DNA of 64,000 bases from Adineta vaga (GCA_021613535.1 CP075493.1:15314001-15378000); one strand, 5' to 3'; positions 27,345 through 41,536 are shown, numbered from the stretch's first letter. Notes: generated from the letters alone by a model not told the origin. Numbers and translations: made by a program.

Positions 27345-27741
27345 AGAAAAATTATGTATTTTTCAATTACAATCGTAGTGAGTAGATTTTCTTCTACGAC
27401 TTTTCGAAAGAAACATCGTCTATTTATTTGAGATCTTTTTTTTTATCATAAGAAATTTCCAACTAATAAAATTTCATCATGACTTTTATTATTATTAGTC
27501 AAAGATAAAAATGTAATCCATTTAATTTTTGTTCTCACGTTTAAAGTTTCTTTCCAGCTCTCGTATTTTATTTCCAACAAAGAGCATTAAAATATCGGTA
27601 TGCAATCCACATCCATTCATACTCTCACCCTCATAATCATATTTGATTTTGATTTTTAACAAATAAAACAATTTCTAGAGAATATTATAAAAGATCATTA
27701 TTACCTGATTATGTTTGTTATGATATTCAACAATGTCTATC

Positions 27742-27860
27742 TTTAGTGTACTCGGAAAGTGAGTACACTATTAGAATCGGTCAGTATGTCCGTCCGGCCG
27801 TTTGTTCGATAACTTTTCAAAAATACAATCGATTGAGCTGAAATTTTGTGCATAGAGTTG
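27742..27860 (+). mobile_element. Helentron/DINE-1-like non-autonomous remnant
   Basis: T-run, then hairpin AGTGTACTC-ggaaagt-GAGTACACT, then GTCCGTCCG microsatellite, then GATAACTTTT..CGATTGAGCTGAAATTTTG; this layout is typical of HINE/DINE-1-type elements. Confidence 0.5.
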
Positions 27861-28049
27861 TCTCATTCTATTCTTCAATATTTTTCTTTAAAAAAGAATT
27901 ATTACTTACGCGTTGATTCATTCGCTTTGCTATTTTTGTTTCCCATTTTATATTTAAATATCTATAGGAAGTAAAATACGGTGTATTTTTACTGCGAAGA
28001 AGATGAATCATCATTGGCGAATGACGATTAAATATATTCGCCATGAGAA

Positions 28050-28094
28050 AGGGTGTGTGAGTATTGAACTCTCTCACACTCATCCACATCTTCA
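28050..28094. repeat. Telomere-like palindromic element
   Basis: AGGGTGTGTGAGT-attgaactctct-CACACTCATCCACATCTTCA. Confidence 0.7.
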
Positions 28095-28131
28095 GAACAA
28101 TCCTTTATTATTAAACTAAATCTATGATGTT

Positions 28132-29205
28132 CTATTTAAGTGTAGCAGTAATAGCTATATCAGTCTGTCCCGGATACACTTTTTTCCTTTGTAATATTCG
28201 TTTAATTTCACGACGAAATCCACTGCTCGAAATAATAGATATATGAAAACTAGAAGCAAAAAACGCATACAATAATGTATGCGTAAGTTGACCGATAATT
28301 TTGTCAATGGCAAGATGAAAAGATGATTTGTCATATGTTTCAGTTACATGATCATAAATAATTTCTATTCCATATGGAAGAAATGAAATGATTGCTACTA
28401 TTGATTGAAGCATCAACATTAATGTTATTTGTGAATCTATTTGTTGAATTCGTGACTGTTTTCCAACTATAGCAGCGATACTAGCTTGTCGTTGAATAAC
28501 TTTTCGAAGAGATTTTCTTAAAAGATATGTAAGTGTAAACACAATCAATAATGGACCGAATTCCATAATAATTGCTTCGATGTAGTGATCAATTTCATCA
28601 TAAATTACAAATTGAGGATTACATTTTCCATTAACTAATGTATAAATGAAAAATCGATGACCAATGAGTAAAAGCCAAATGACAACGCATGCAAATACCA
28701 TTTTATAAGCCAAAGAAACACGATTACTCCATTTTCGTAACCCTGAAATAAACACGAGGTTTTTCTTTGATATATAAAGAAATACGATATACTTACAATT
28801 CGAACGTTGTGTTGATAGAATTCGATCCAATGTTGCAAGTGTGAAGAATGTAAATGATGTTAGAACAAAATAATATGAACTCATTTGTCGAATTTTACAT
28901 ATATATTCATAACGAGTTGTATAAACTGGAATTCCGTAAGCTTTTTCGATAACTCGTGTTAGAAGTACGAGATTGATGACAAAACAATCAGAAATTGTTT
29001 CAGCAAATAGATATACTGTATAAGCTTGTTTACGAAATGTTGAAGATTGAAATACAATTATATTGCCAATACAACCGATATTTCTCATAATGACTAGAAA
29101 CGTACCAATCCAAATGTTGATCAAGTACGGCATTACCGTAAGAATACCACCAGTACTACTACTGGCACGAAGTATTGTCGTTGAATTATTCTGTAGGATT
29201 AACAT
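28132..29205 (-). CDS. Rhodopsin-like orphan GPCR (probable short intron ~28743-28796 that stays open in the ORF)
   Basis: GCIGNIIVF (TM1), LATLDR (DRY-equivalent), QITLMLMLQ..FLPY, FRREIKR; gtaagt..tttcag intron signals. Confidence 0.87.
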   Translation of the reverse strand: MLILQNNSTTILRASSSTGGILTVMPYLINIWIGTFLVIMRNIGCIGNIIVFQSSTFRKQAYTVYLFAETISDCFVINLVLLTRVIEKAYGIPVYTTRYEYICKIRQMSSYYFVLTSFTFFTLATLDRILSTQRSNCKYIVFLYISKKNLVFISGLRKWSNRVSLAYKMVFACVVIWLLLIGHRFFIYTLVNGKCNPQFVIYDEIDHYIEAIIMEFGPLLIVFTLTYLLRKSLRKVIQRQASIAAIVGKQSRIQQIDSQITLMLMLQSIVAIISFLPYGIEIIYDHVTETYDKSSFHLAIDKIIGQLTHTLLYAFFASSFHISIISSSGFRREIKRILQRKKVYPGQTDIAITATLK

Positions 29206-30199
29206 TATCTCAAATGTATATTATACTTACGTTAGTAATGAATAGATATGAGTATGACATAGAATGCTCAATAATTTAGAGAAAGAAGAGAAAGATATAT
29301 TTTGTAACATAGATATGAATACAAAAATGGTTTTACTTATGATTTTCTAATTGAATAAATAATAATATCTGTCACCAACTATTTGTATCTTTTTAACGCC
29401 TAATCTCATACATCAGATTACGATTCTTCGTAAAGTAGATGATTAACCCTTTGGCACCGACGAACATATATTCGCGTGTTGAAGTTTTATGCATATTAGT
29501 GTCATTATGATACTATTTAAAGTTCAGGAAAAAAAGTAACTTTCTTCTTTTCTTACTATATGATGTCGCAACAATGTTGTCAAAATAAGAAGAAGAAAAA
29601 AATTGAAAAGTTCCTTTGAAGCAGTCTAATGTATGGAAAATGTCAACATGGATATATGTGTTTTTCGGCGACAAAGAGTTTATTTATAGATATTTGTGGC
29701 ACTACTTACTAAATATCGAAATCAAATTGATTCACCCTCTGAAATTTGTTTTTCTTTACATGCTTTCTACTTTTGAGGATTTTCACTTTGTACGAATGAA
29801 TATTTTATAATAATCAGGAATGTTTTTTCCAGCACAATAATCTCTCTTCTGACCGTATGTTTTCAGCTGTCATAATATATTATGAACAGTGAGTGACCTC
29901 TGCGATATAAAAAGCATTCATGTTAAAATAACAAATTGAGTAAATGAATTCGATATTAAATATGCTTTACAATGTTTTTCTTTATTTTGTCCTATAGTTA
30001 AACAATGATGTGGATGTAAATATTCTTTACAACATCTAAATCCTCAAGATAAGTTTTGTTTGAAATCAATTCAGAGAACGGAAAGTAAAAAATGTGCTTA
30101 TTGAGAGTTTCTTTTTGTCAATTCAACGAAAAAAATATATAATTAAATGTTTGTGAATCTTTACAGCATTTTATTGTCCGAAGAAATTTTCGTGTTTTT

Positions 30200-31284
30200 A
30201 TTGGCAAAGCTCATGTTCGTATAATAGAATGTCTTCTGAACATGAAGAATATACGAAAATGTTGATGAATGTGTTGATTACATATCATCAAATAAAAATG
30301 AACAAATTCATCATCTGATTTCTGATTCATTAGCAAATCTTATTATTCCACTGATTTATGAAATATTTCAAATTAAGAAGATTTATATTTTTGATATGAT
30401 AGCAAACAATATTTAATAAAATCAAAGGTACTTTTACAGATTTGATAATACTGTGTGAGACAATACGACAGAATGCTTTGATTTATAAATAGAAATCTAT
30501 CATTAGAATCGAATTCATCATCAACGAATCTAATCGTACATATTCAAAATAAAATGCTATTTCTTGGTAGACACGTGATTAATTTTTATATCGAATATTA
30601 AACAATGTATTACGATTACAAGATATTGATATTTTATATAACATTGTTTTCTTTTATTGCTGATCTTCATTATCAATTGAAAGATTTACGTAGAAAACAA
30701 TCAAATTCTACGTTGTTACCTTCACTTGTATATCGTTTAGACAATTTATGAACAGAAATGAATTTGTCAACAAAATTCAAAATAATATTAGTGGATTTTT
30801 ATCAATTAATAGTTTTTTCTCTACAAGTACGAATAAAGTAGTTGCATTAACTTGATAAATGTCGGCAACCATTTGCTAATATCAAATTTTCAAGTCATCT
30901 GGAACAAGAAGATGAAGGACTTTTTTTCTATCACTATTGTTAAAGATTTGAATCGTCTGTCTAATAGTGAATGTAGAAGAAGATGAGGAATTAAATACAT
31001 TGACGGCCGATATTAGAAAAGAAATGGGAGATTTTCAAAAAGCTGAAGAATATATTCTAATGTTAATTAATAATTCATAAGATAAAGATTCATTGAGTAA
31101 AGTGCGATATTATTCAAATTTAGTAATGTATTATAATGAACAAATGAAATTTAATACCGTTTATAAAGCAATACCACCAAATCATTCTCGTATTCAACAA
31201 GTTGAAGAACAAAAATCTACGTATAGTATCCTGTACAAAGCAATGCATGAAAACAAATTCAAAAAATGTCAATATCAAAAATGA
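30200..31284 (+). pseudogene. Decayed ART/TPR-family gene
   Basis: Fragments NVDECVDYISSNKNEQI..ISDSLANLIIPLIYEI..IYIF; FIADLHYQLKDL; SINSFFSTST; EMGDFQKAEEY, interrupted by stops and frameshifts. Confidence 0.6.
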
Positions 31285-31627
31285 GTCTACTTAAGATTTT
31301 GCGATTTTACTTGCATCATTTATCTTTTTAAACCAATTCGAAGCATGGATTTTTTATAAAAATATAAAATATATTTATAATCGAGAAATCAACATTATAT
31401 TAAAATTACAAGAAAATAGTAGAAAATAAACTTAAATTGGATATTTTTGAATCTTAAAATTTTTTAATGACTTCACTTTAATTAGAATGAGTTTGTTCAT
31501 GTCATTGACTTCAATGTGAATATGAGTTACTAACATAGACTTTAATAGTTCGCTTCTTCTGGAATGTTTTTTTGAACTTTAGTTTCATAGCAGAGAGATA
31601 GAAGAATAGACATATTTTTTTAATCAG

Positions 31628-32200
31628 TTATAACTTTAGCGGAAAACAAAAGCATTTAAGAACATGGATTAAATACAAAGAAGCAGAGAATAAAGTTGAG
31701 TGTAAATGACAGTATCGTTGTGTCGTCGACATATTGAGAAAAATGCTTTTTATAAACTGTAGACGAACCAAAGCACAATTACGCGAAGAATTAGTGTCAT
31801 TCCTCCATACAGACCCAATATGATGATAATCGCCTTCATCATAGATTCTCGTTCGGATATCAAATGAGCACAGCTTGAAGGGGTACATGCTGAAGGAAAA
31901 TTTGAATACGATATACGTTTACAAACCAATCGTCGACTGTGCTGGTAGGATAGTAGTGACTTCGAAGTGAAATATCAAGTGGATCGAGGGATGATAAGTT
32001 CTTGAAATTGATTAATTGAACACATATTTGGTTATAAAACAAGATAATGTTGATCAAAAGAGTGATTCAATTGGATTACAACCAAGAGCAAAGCCAAGTA
32101 GAATACTGCTATTAACATACACAGATTCTGTGAGACAAGTTGATTTTCAGGAAGAACTTTTTCATTGAATTGTGTATCATCAAAAACCTCTTGAATAATA
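31628..32200 (-). pseudogene. Decayed coding fragment (possibly an F-box/LRR-type C-terminus)
   Basis: Overlapping frameshifted ORFs 31860-32057 and 31628-31888; family assignment weak. Confidence 0.3.
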
Positions 32201-32480
32201 ATATTAACTGCATGCTGTGCACTATAACAGACAGATTGTTGAGAAGTACTTTAGGAGAGATGAAGTCGTAAAAATATTGCTTCATTTTACTGCGAAACAG
32301 GGATCGGTGTAAACCTTCATTAGTCTAAGATTTTAAATGATTTACTTATCATCTGCAACATACATTAAAAAATGAATTATTTGAAAGTTTATTTTTAGAA
32401 CAAGAAAAAAACAGTTTCAGTTTTAGTTCAAGAATAAAAGATTTCTTTGATGATAAATTGAAAAATATTTAATAAGCCAA

Positions 32481-32657
32481 TTATGTCTTTATTTCATCAT
32501 AAAGATCGTCTACTGCTTTGCTCACCTCTGGTACTAACTCTTTCTTGTCGGTGACCACAGAAATCGCTGCAGCTTCAGCCATTGCAACTAATTTTACCAG
32601 AGGCTTAGTAGCATTTATTGCATCGTTAACGATATTGGTAAACGGTTGATCAGACAT
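32481..32657 (-). CDS. Small 58-aa helical protein of unknown function
   Basis: ATG..TAA ORF MSDQPFTNIVNDAINATKPLVKLVAMAEAAAISVVTDKKELVPEVSKAVDDLYDEIKT; more GC-rich than its flanks; TATATAAA ~90 bp upstream on the minus strand. Confidence 0.55.
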   Translation of the reverse strand: MSDQPFTNIVNDAINATKPLVKLVAMAEAAAISVVTDKKELVPEVSKAVDDLYDEIKT

Positions 32658-34382
32658 TGTTGTAATGTTTCAGTAACTGTTGGTTTTTCGAATATGTATT
32701 TCTGTTTCGATGATATTGAGTGTACACTACAAGAAATGAGCAGTTTATATAGTGTCTTCGATGACAGTGCAATTTAGTCATTCTCAGTATATACAATCAT
32801 CATTCTTTTATGAAATTTCCATCATAGAGAAGTAAAACCTATCGATCGTCTTCGTGCATGTCGTTGTTGTTATCTCCAACATATTTCATCCTTTGGTAAA
32901 AAACCCTCTATGAAACCTGACGTCACTTGATATGTACATACTCGCAGTCATATCAACAGAAATTTTTTTCTGTTCTTCTTGACTTTATTGAAGGCGTTAT
33001 GTAATAAAACACTCGATTTTTATTCCACTCAATAACAGACATTCGATTATTCTTCTTTTTTTTCTCTCGCCTCACATATAAATATAAGATACATACTTGA
33101 TATCATCTTCTCATACTTAGAAGCATTTATATTTATTTATAGTTGAGATATTGCTGAACATAATTATATAAATGTTCAATTGATTCTTTTCTTTTTCTAA
33201 TTATTTATCAAGATGAATAATGTGGAAAAACAAATTGAATTAATAGAGAGAAATTTTATAAAAATCAAACTTTCTCAATGAGTTTCATCAATTTTATCAA
33301 TGTGATAGATACTATGTATTGAAATTCGATTCAAAACACGAATATTTTATTCTTAATACTTAGAAAATGACAAATTAATAAATATTCTCAATTACAACAT
33401 TTTGTTATTTTAATGCATTGAATTAGATCAAGCTAAAATTGAAGAAGTTTTCTTTATTTTTATTTCCAATTCAATAATAATTTCACACGATATTTTCTTT
33501 TCTTAAGAGAAAAATGATGAGTCAGTTTAGATATCAGAATATTACATGCTTAATGGTACACCAACACCCTCTATTATCGAACCTTTTGATCCAACGATAA
33601 AATTCTAAGTTTGAATTATCTAAATATATCAAAACGATGATAAAGTGTCATTTTTTACAATACATGATCGAAAGTTCATTCTTTTCTTTTTAGATCCATC
33701 AGAATTCTTCAAGTTAATCACACTATCAACCAAGTAATAAGAATATATTGACTTTTAATAGACCAATGAGCTTCTAGAAGAATCATTTACAATATAGTAA
33801 ATTCCGTTTGATATTCACATTCATTATCAACTTGTACACATAATATTTTACAAATGTAAATAGAAACTAATATAAACAGACTTTTCATCTGATGCGAAGG
33901 TCGAATATAAATCAATTGATTCCATGATACTAACTACATTTTTCGTCATAAGAGAAATGACCATATAAGAACGTATGTTGATGCTTCATGTTTTACTAAA
34001 TTTGAAGGTTTTCAATTGATTGATGAAGATCTAATCCAATCTTGAATCACTGACGAAATAAACTATTCAACTGAAAAACAAAATGCTTCAGAGAATAATT
34101 AGAATAGCTTGTTTTAATCTAAATGTATTCTCTATATTCATTCGTAGTGAATATTATTTTATTGATTATTATAGAATAAAATATAATTTTTATAAGATTA
34201 ATTAAGCATGAAAAAAAATATTCAATTGAGAAAGTAAATGACTATAATGGAAGAAAAAGAAAAAGAAAAAACGAATTGATTAAATAATATATGATTAAAA
34301 TAAATATCAATGTTCAAAATAAAATGTTACTTAATATCATATCATTTAGCATTTTGGAAAATATGAAGTTCATTGGAGATTT

Positions 34383-37170
34383 TTAAAGTTTATTAAATCT
34401 TGTAACTTTATGTCCACCATATTCAGCGACATATAAATTGAGTTGAGAATCTAATTTAACATCGCTTGGCTTATTCAAAGCGGTTCCGCCATTATTAACT
34501 CCTGCAATTATTATACCTGTTGAATTACCTTGACAAAACAGTTCAATATTTCCATTATAAGGAATAGTTACATATAAGTTATTCCAAGGGTCGAGAGTTA
34601 TTCCCCATGGACTTCCAGTAATATTAGCTACTACTGTACCATTTCGATCACCAGATTTCCATTTCATTACTGTTTGAGATTTAGAATTAACAATGTATAA
34701 ATCTTGATTTGATTCATCATAAACGAGACCCCACGGTTCATTCAAATGGTCAGGTGCGGATCCTATCAATGAAAATAAAAAGAACATTAATATCTTGATT
34801 TGCTTGAGATCTTTTGACTTTTAAACAGAAAAACTATTATAAAAATCATGTTTTAAAAATCATTTTGGAAAAAAATATTTTACTTCAAAATAAATGATTA
34901 TCTTATACTATTTAGTTGTAATTCTTTTCAATAATATCAAATTAATATTTCTATCTTATAATGAATAAAATTTTCATAAAAGTCTACATAATATCAACAT
35001 GTGTTTCTGTACCTGGAGTGTAATCAGCAGCACCAGCAACAAGAACACCTTGAGTTGCACCTGGAGACCATTTTGTTACACGATGATTACCGGGATCTGA
35101 GACAAATACATTTGAATATGAATCTACCCATATACCATATGGATAACTGAGTTGCTCTAGTGTTGATCCAGAAGTTCCATTACCAGCAACTATCGTACCA
35201 TTTGAAGCGTTTCTTTCCCAACGTATAACACGATAATTGCCATTGTCAACAATGTAAAGTGTTTGATTTGAATCAACATATAGAAGTGCTAAGTAATCAG
35301 AAAATTGATTTAAATTTGATCCCGACACATTTGTTTGACCTGCTACAAGAGTGCCATTAGAAGCACCAGGTGAATACTTCACTACACGAGCGTTTCCTTC
35401 CTCAGTAATAAATAAATTGTTATTCGAATCAAAAGCTATGCCATATGGGTTATTTAATTGATTCAATTCAATACCTGATCCACCAGTACCAGCGTACGTA
35501 ATACCAGTTACATTCCAATAGATTCCATTAGAACCTGATGATGATATAAAATGAAAACAAACATTCTTTAGCATAAAATTCATATTATATTTGAATATAT
35601 ATTTACTTACAAGGATTAATGACTAAAGTTGAAATGAATATATAAAAAAGACAAAGATAAATAAATAAATAAAAATATTGAGGATATGAATGTGAATAAA
35701 AGTAAAGATATTCATATCTTTCTTTGGAATGCAATATATAATAAATTTCTGAGGAAAAGAACAGGATGATTTTCGCAGCTGCATTTTCTGTCCATATTTT
35801 TCAATCTTTTCTAATTCCGACGATGTACTTCGGACTTAGTCTTTGATAAAATCATCATCATCAAGCAATATCTCAAACAAGAAAAGAATGGACTCCGTCT
35901 TCACACAAGTCTTTGATATGTCTGTTTTTCATAACTAAGTAAAGAGAAAAAGATAAAAAAGAGAATGAATACTGACATTGACATATTTTCGTTGTTGAAG
36001 GACAATAACCATTGCTGCAATCTCGATTGACTTGGCAAATTTGATTGAGGTCACATTTTTTACATGTTGAACCACCACAATCAACAGCTGTTTCATCTTG
36101 ATTTCGAATACTATCATTACAAGTTGGTGCTATAAAATAGTAAAATGAATGTACATATATCAAAGCATTAGAGTGTTGATAACATAGATATTTTCATGTC
36201 TATCGGACATCTTATGAGTGTCGATATCTGTTCTTCATTCAAGTCTTATCCTTTCTATTTTTAATACACTATCTATATCTTTTCTCATGCAGATAGATAA
36301 AAAAAAAAGGAGACTAAAATATTAACCTGGTATTGTTTTAGGTAGGATTGAAATTAAAAGTGATGCCAAAATGATTGGTTTATTTGAAATATATTTCACA
36401 TATGATAACGTTCGATTTCCAATCAAAGTTTGATCAAATGTTAAATTAACCCGAGTATCTGATCTTGGACAGATAACATGACCATCGAATAACCACATAC
36501 AAGTACATTTGAATGGACATTTGATTGATACAATATAAGTTTGAACATTGAAATCGATCGAAAATATTGTCGGACCATTGATTGTACCTGTAACATAATC
36601 GATAAACTATTTCTACTTAATATTTCTCATTTCTTCTTACCTATTGTTGTTGTTGTTGATGAAGATGGAAAATGAAAAAAAAGATTTTGTAAATTAAAAT
36701 TTGAATTTGGTTGTAAATATAAAAGACATTTTACGTAAAAAAAGGGAAATTCTTGATCGAATAAATTCAACATATGTCCAAAATCATGAATATTTGATGT
36801 AGATTCAAGTGAATTTCCATCATCATCAACAATAACATCATCATTTTGATCATAATAGATCATTTTTATATAAAGAATTGTTTTGAATTCTGTTAATTCA
36901 CTAATTAACATTTGATTTTGACAATAATCAAAAATTTCACGTGTCAATTGAAATTCACATTGATCATTTTCTATTTTAACATTTGAAATCATTGATGATA
37001 ATTCAGAAAATGAAATCCGATTCTCTGTATAATCATCATCTTCATATTCATCACCATTTATAGTCATTGACTATAAAACACGAAAATTGTTTTTTTTAAT
37101 AAATAAATTTCCTAAATAAAATGCTTACTGAATTAATTAATAAAAAGATTATCACACCAACAAATATCAT
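34383..37170 (-). CDS. Secreted multi-exon protein: signal peptide, unknown N-terminal domain, Thr-rich linker, Cys-rich module, NHL-repeat propeller
   Basis: MIFVGVIIFLLINS; ORF 36627-37067; CNDSIRNQDETAVDCGGSTCKKC module; NHL ORFs 34984-35583 and 34383-34787; GT-AG introns. Exact exon structure not fully resolved. Confidence 0.72.
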
Positions 37171-38256
37171 TATGATCTGATTCGGAAATATATATTTTTC
37201 AACAATAGAAAGTTTAGTTTAGACGATTCAACTATACGAAAACAAAAGATTGTTTTATTCTAACGAATGATATCTTGAAAATAGATCAATTCTTATCGAT
37301 AAAGTTAACAAATTTGAATCTATCTATGAAAAGAATACAAAATCTGTAACTGTTTTTCGTTTTCAATAACAGATTGTTTGATTTTCATTTGTTTTTAAGA
37401 AATATATATTCGATAAAGAAAATGAAATACATTTCAATTTGATTGACAATGATTGTCCTTTTTCTCAAACAAATATCATATTGTTTTCATTTTCTCAGTA
37501 ACACGTCGATTGATGTCTTTTTTTAAGGTTATAATTGAATAACATATTACATTCTTATCTCTCCACACATTCATGATTTTTTTATTTAAGAAAAAAAAAT
37601 ACTAAATAAATCTTGATACTCTTTGGTTGATTCGTTTTCTTTTCAATTGAATTCAAATGAAAAAGTTGTTCAATATTTGTCTTTTTCTCAGAAATTAAAT
37701 CGAAAAAATCTTTCGTTTCTCTTGAATAAAATACATATAACAAACAACATGAGATTTGTTTCATTTTATGGTATCCAACTGATTATGAACCAAAGGGTAG
37801 AATTAACGAATAATAAAGATCGGAAAAGAAAAGAAAACAGTGGATAGTTGTTGTTGTGCATTTCGACGATTTATATCATATGTAAGAAACAGTTTAATTT
37901 AACAGTTAATCGCTTGTATATGTTTCTTGGCGAATAAAGGAGAAAAACAAAGACTGTTGTTGTTGTGTCAACTGATCACATATGATCAGTCTAGACTTCG
38001 AACTTGTTAAACTTATGCTTATTTATATTCTATGAACAACAAGAAAAGAGTGGATATTATATGACTTTTGGTCGTTTCATTAAGAAAGATGAAGATTGAG
38101 GATAAGGAGATGTATGCATCATTCACCATCATCATTGAAGTACAGCCGCTATTTAGTTGAGACTAAAGGGCGTTTCTCTTGTATAAAAATCAAAGAAAAA
38201 TGTTGTCTAATCTTCTTCTTCCACTTCTTTTTCTTGTATTGTTTCTGCATTGGAGA

Positions 38257-39075
38257 ATGGCTACTAATAGTAGTTTGAATAGTACTGATGATTGGTATAG
38301 CTCGTCGGAAATTTCTCTACCACGTCCAATTCGGTTTTGGATTATACTTCTCTTTGATATTTCTTCACTTGTCTGCAGTTTTTGTCTAATTCTTCATATT
38401 ATAATTGATCGAACTCAACGGCATGCGTTGTACAGTCATACTATTTTCATGATATTATTAGTGAGCTTACCGGTTCAATTGTTGGATATTAGTTTGTATC
38501 TTTTTATTCTTCGTCACGGCGTTGTGCAACCATCAGTACCTATTCTATGTCTTCTGTGGTTATCAGCAGATTATGGTTGTTATTGTGCAGGAATTCTTCT
38601 AATGGCATGGTTAGCTATTGAACGGCACATTTTGATTTTTCATGACCGATGGGTGGCTAATCAACGAGGAAGATTACTTTTCCATTATCTTCCTTTGATT
38701 ACTATTGTAGTGTATATTTTTCTCTTCTATACGATTGGTATTTTCTTTCTATCTTGTAAGAATGTCTATGATTATTCAGCCTTATACTGTGCTGTCCATC
38801 CATGTCTTGAAGCATACGATTTTTTGAACTTGTGGGAAACGAATGTTAACTATTGTGAGTACTGGTCTTCTTGTGCGCGTGCTATGACAAAAACGACGTC
38901 TTCGTCAGTCGATCGATTGCCGAAAAAAACGACGAATGATCATTCAGTTACTTCTGGTTTCAGGCATTAATATTATACTAAATTTACCACTATATATCGT
39001 CTTTATTGCTCGATCCTGTGGTTTATCCACAGAAGGCATAGCGTCGAAGCAAAGCTCTGGTTCTATTTTCTTTCC
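38257..39075 (+). pseudogene. GPCR pseudogene (paralog of 15123-16058), frameshifted and truncated in TM7
   Basis: WLAIERH; frameshift near 38850; shifted frame reads LLVRVL*QKRRLRQSIDCRKKRRMIIQLL; last residues EAKLWFYFLS abut the palindromic element. Confidence 0.8.
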
Positions 39076-39135
39076 AGGGTGTGGGTGTGAGTGAGAATTA
39101 AAATAAATAATCGGTAACCACATCCTCACCCTCAA
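39076..39135. repeat. Telomere-like palindromic element
   Basis: AGGGTGTGGGTGTGAGTGAG ... CCACATCCTCACCCTCAA. Confidence 0.85.
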
Positions 39136-39824
39136 TCAGTTGATAATAATGAGTTTTCTTTTTCATTAATATCTTTCAGAATATTTTCTAATGCATGTGT
39201 TTCTATGAAAACATCGTATACCAGTTTTGTTTAACTAATTAGTTATCTTATAGCTTTAACTTGATCGAATCTGACTTTTTTGAACTGATGAACCTGAGTA
39301 TTGAAAAGGTCTTGATAGTTTCTCATTGTAGCAAAGCTAAATTATTTTCAATCTCTGCCACCGATGCAAATATTTCGGTATGCATCTTCGTTTACTTTAA
39401 CTTATTTTAATACAACGAACAGTCATGTCTAATCATATACGTTTTTGTGCACATGGTCGTACATGATAAGGCTCTACTCAAAACACATAAAACATTATCC
39501 TATTGATTCATATTCATTTATGATAGATATCTATGAAAATAATCATTGATTGAAACGTTGTTCTCTTCGTCGATGTTGTTGTGAGTAATGAGTCTCCTAT
39601 CCTTTCCCATATCATAGAAAAAAAACAAGGGACATACCGAAGCAAATATCTTGCCGTATCTGTCACTTTATTTTTCGATTCAATCAATCAAAGCAAACAG
39701 AAAAGGATGAGCGTTTATACCAAGTTTATTTGTTACTAGCTTTCATTTCTATAGTCAGGTAAGTAATAACGGTTTCTTTGATAGTAACGCTGACCGAGAG
39801 AAAATCTCTGTTAATTTTTTTAGG

Positions 39825-41267
39825 ATGATGCGATTTTTGTGCAAATTGATAGTACTTACGTTGATATTTGAAGCAGCGTATGGTGCTCGTCATCAACTTC
39901 GACATTTTGATGATGATGATGATGATGAAACACGAAACCTAATGCGTTCCATCTTACAACAACGATTTCTTCGTAAATTTCAGTTAGGTGATGATGAGGA
40001 AAACGACTTCAACAATCGTTTTTATTCTGATAAAAGTAAGTGATTTTTAAACATCGTTTGAAGTAACTAATCATTAAAAGCTTTATATTCATTTCATCAA
40101 TATTTTGTTTTTATATAACAGGAGCCGACACTGCAAGCAAAAAATGTACTTCTGTTGACTCGGGCATGTATTACGACGGTGCTAGTACGCGATCGATACA
40201 TAACATTGAGAAATATGAAGATTGTATGGATCAATGTGAAAAAGATGATAACTGCTATGGATGGGCGTATCAAAGTAGTTCGAAGACTTGTACAGTACAA
40301 AACTCTATAAGTTGGAAAATTACTGATGCATCTTATGTAGCCGGATCTTGTCTTGGTAAGTTGACTATATGAAGTATTTTCTACATAGAGACTAGAACCT
40401 TTCTGTAGCCACAAAGTTCGTTTTATAGGTCCTGCTGCAAAACAAAAGGTTTGCGAAGAGAAATTATCAAACACTATCTATAATGGTAACTCTGGTGAAT
40501 ACTTTCGTGTTAACACAGCTGAAGATTGCATGAAGAAATGTGATAGCAGTCCAAAATGTTTAGGGTACATATTCAGTAGTGCGCAAAAAGCCTGTTGGAG
40601 TCAAACTGCGCAATATGGAAGCGGAGCTTATAGCGGTTGGACAAGCGGTTCTTGTGTTAGTAAGTGATTTAGTCAATGTGTTTGTTGAAGTCTTTACTGT
40701 TTGTTAATGTTATTTCAGTACCAAAATCAGCATATCCACCGATATCTATCGAAGAATATCGACAACAAGCATTAAAGCAACATAATATATATCGTAGTAA
40801 GCATTGCACACCTCCGCTCAAACTAAATGCCTCGCTTAATGATATTGCGCAAAAATATGCAGAGAAATTGGCAAAAGAACAAATATTTCAACATAGCAAC
40901 AATAAATTCAACGGTCAATGGATGGGAGAAAATCTCTACATGTCCGGAGGAGGTAAACTATTGTACACGGAAGGTACGTTGTAACATATTTTTGTTTTTC
41001 ACCTTTGTGAACTATGTCCATATTTTTACAGGTTCCTTACCAGTTACAGCTTGGTACAATGAAATTAAAGATTACAATTGGAACAATCCGGGATTTTCAA
41101 TGAGTACCGGACATTTTACACAAGTAATCTGGAAAGGTTCAACAGAGTTGGGTATTGGAAGAGCAGTATCTAATGATGGAAGTCGACTCTACGTTGTTGG
41201 AAATTATTTTCCTGGTGGAAATGTCGGTGGTTCTTTTCCTAACAATGTCAAACAAGCATTATGCTGA
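39825..41267 (+). CDS. Secreted CAP/SCP (PR-1/GAPR-1-like) protein with two PAN/Apple-like modules, 5 exons
   Basis: Signal peptide; acidic pro-region; two CxxxC..CxGW/YxY/F..C modules; CAP motifs HNIYRSKH, GENLY, GHFTQVIWK, YVVGNYFPGGN. Confidence 0.88.
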
Positions 41268-41489
41268 AGTTTTAATTTAGTTGAAAGAGACAAATACAAT
41301 TAACACAACTTTTTTTTGTAACCGAACATTTATTTCTTTTAAAATTCTATTTTATTCGTTTGCGCATCGATATAATCATAGACTAACATTCTTTTTACTG
41401 ACAATAAAACGTTGATCTCATCTTTCATTTCGTCACGAAAATTTACTCTATTGATGCAAATTATTGAGAATGATTAAAGTTGATAGAAA

Positions 41490-41536
41490 GAAGGTATGAG
41501 TGATGTTCGTTCTTACTCTATCTTCACCCACACCCT
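41490..41536. repeat. Telomere-like palindromic element (degenerate)
   Basis: GAAGGTATGAGTGA-tgttcgttcttactctatct-TCACCCACACCCT. Confidence 0.7.

Noticed and set aside
29443-29470. piggyBac-like end TTAACCCTTTG (also AAAGGGTTAA at ~55150)
   Set aside because: No convincing matching TIR nearby
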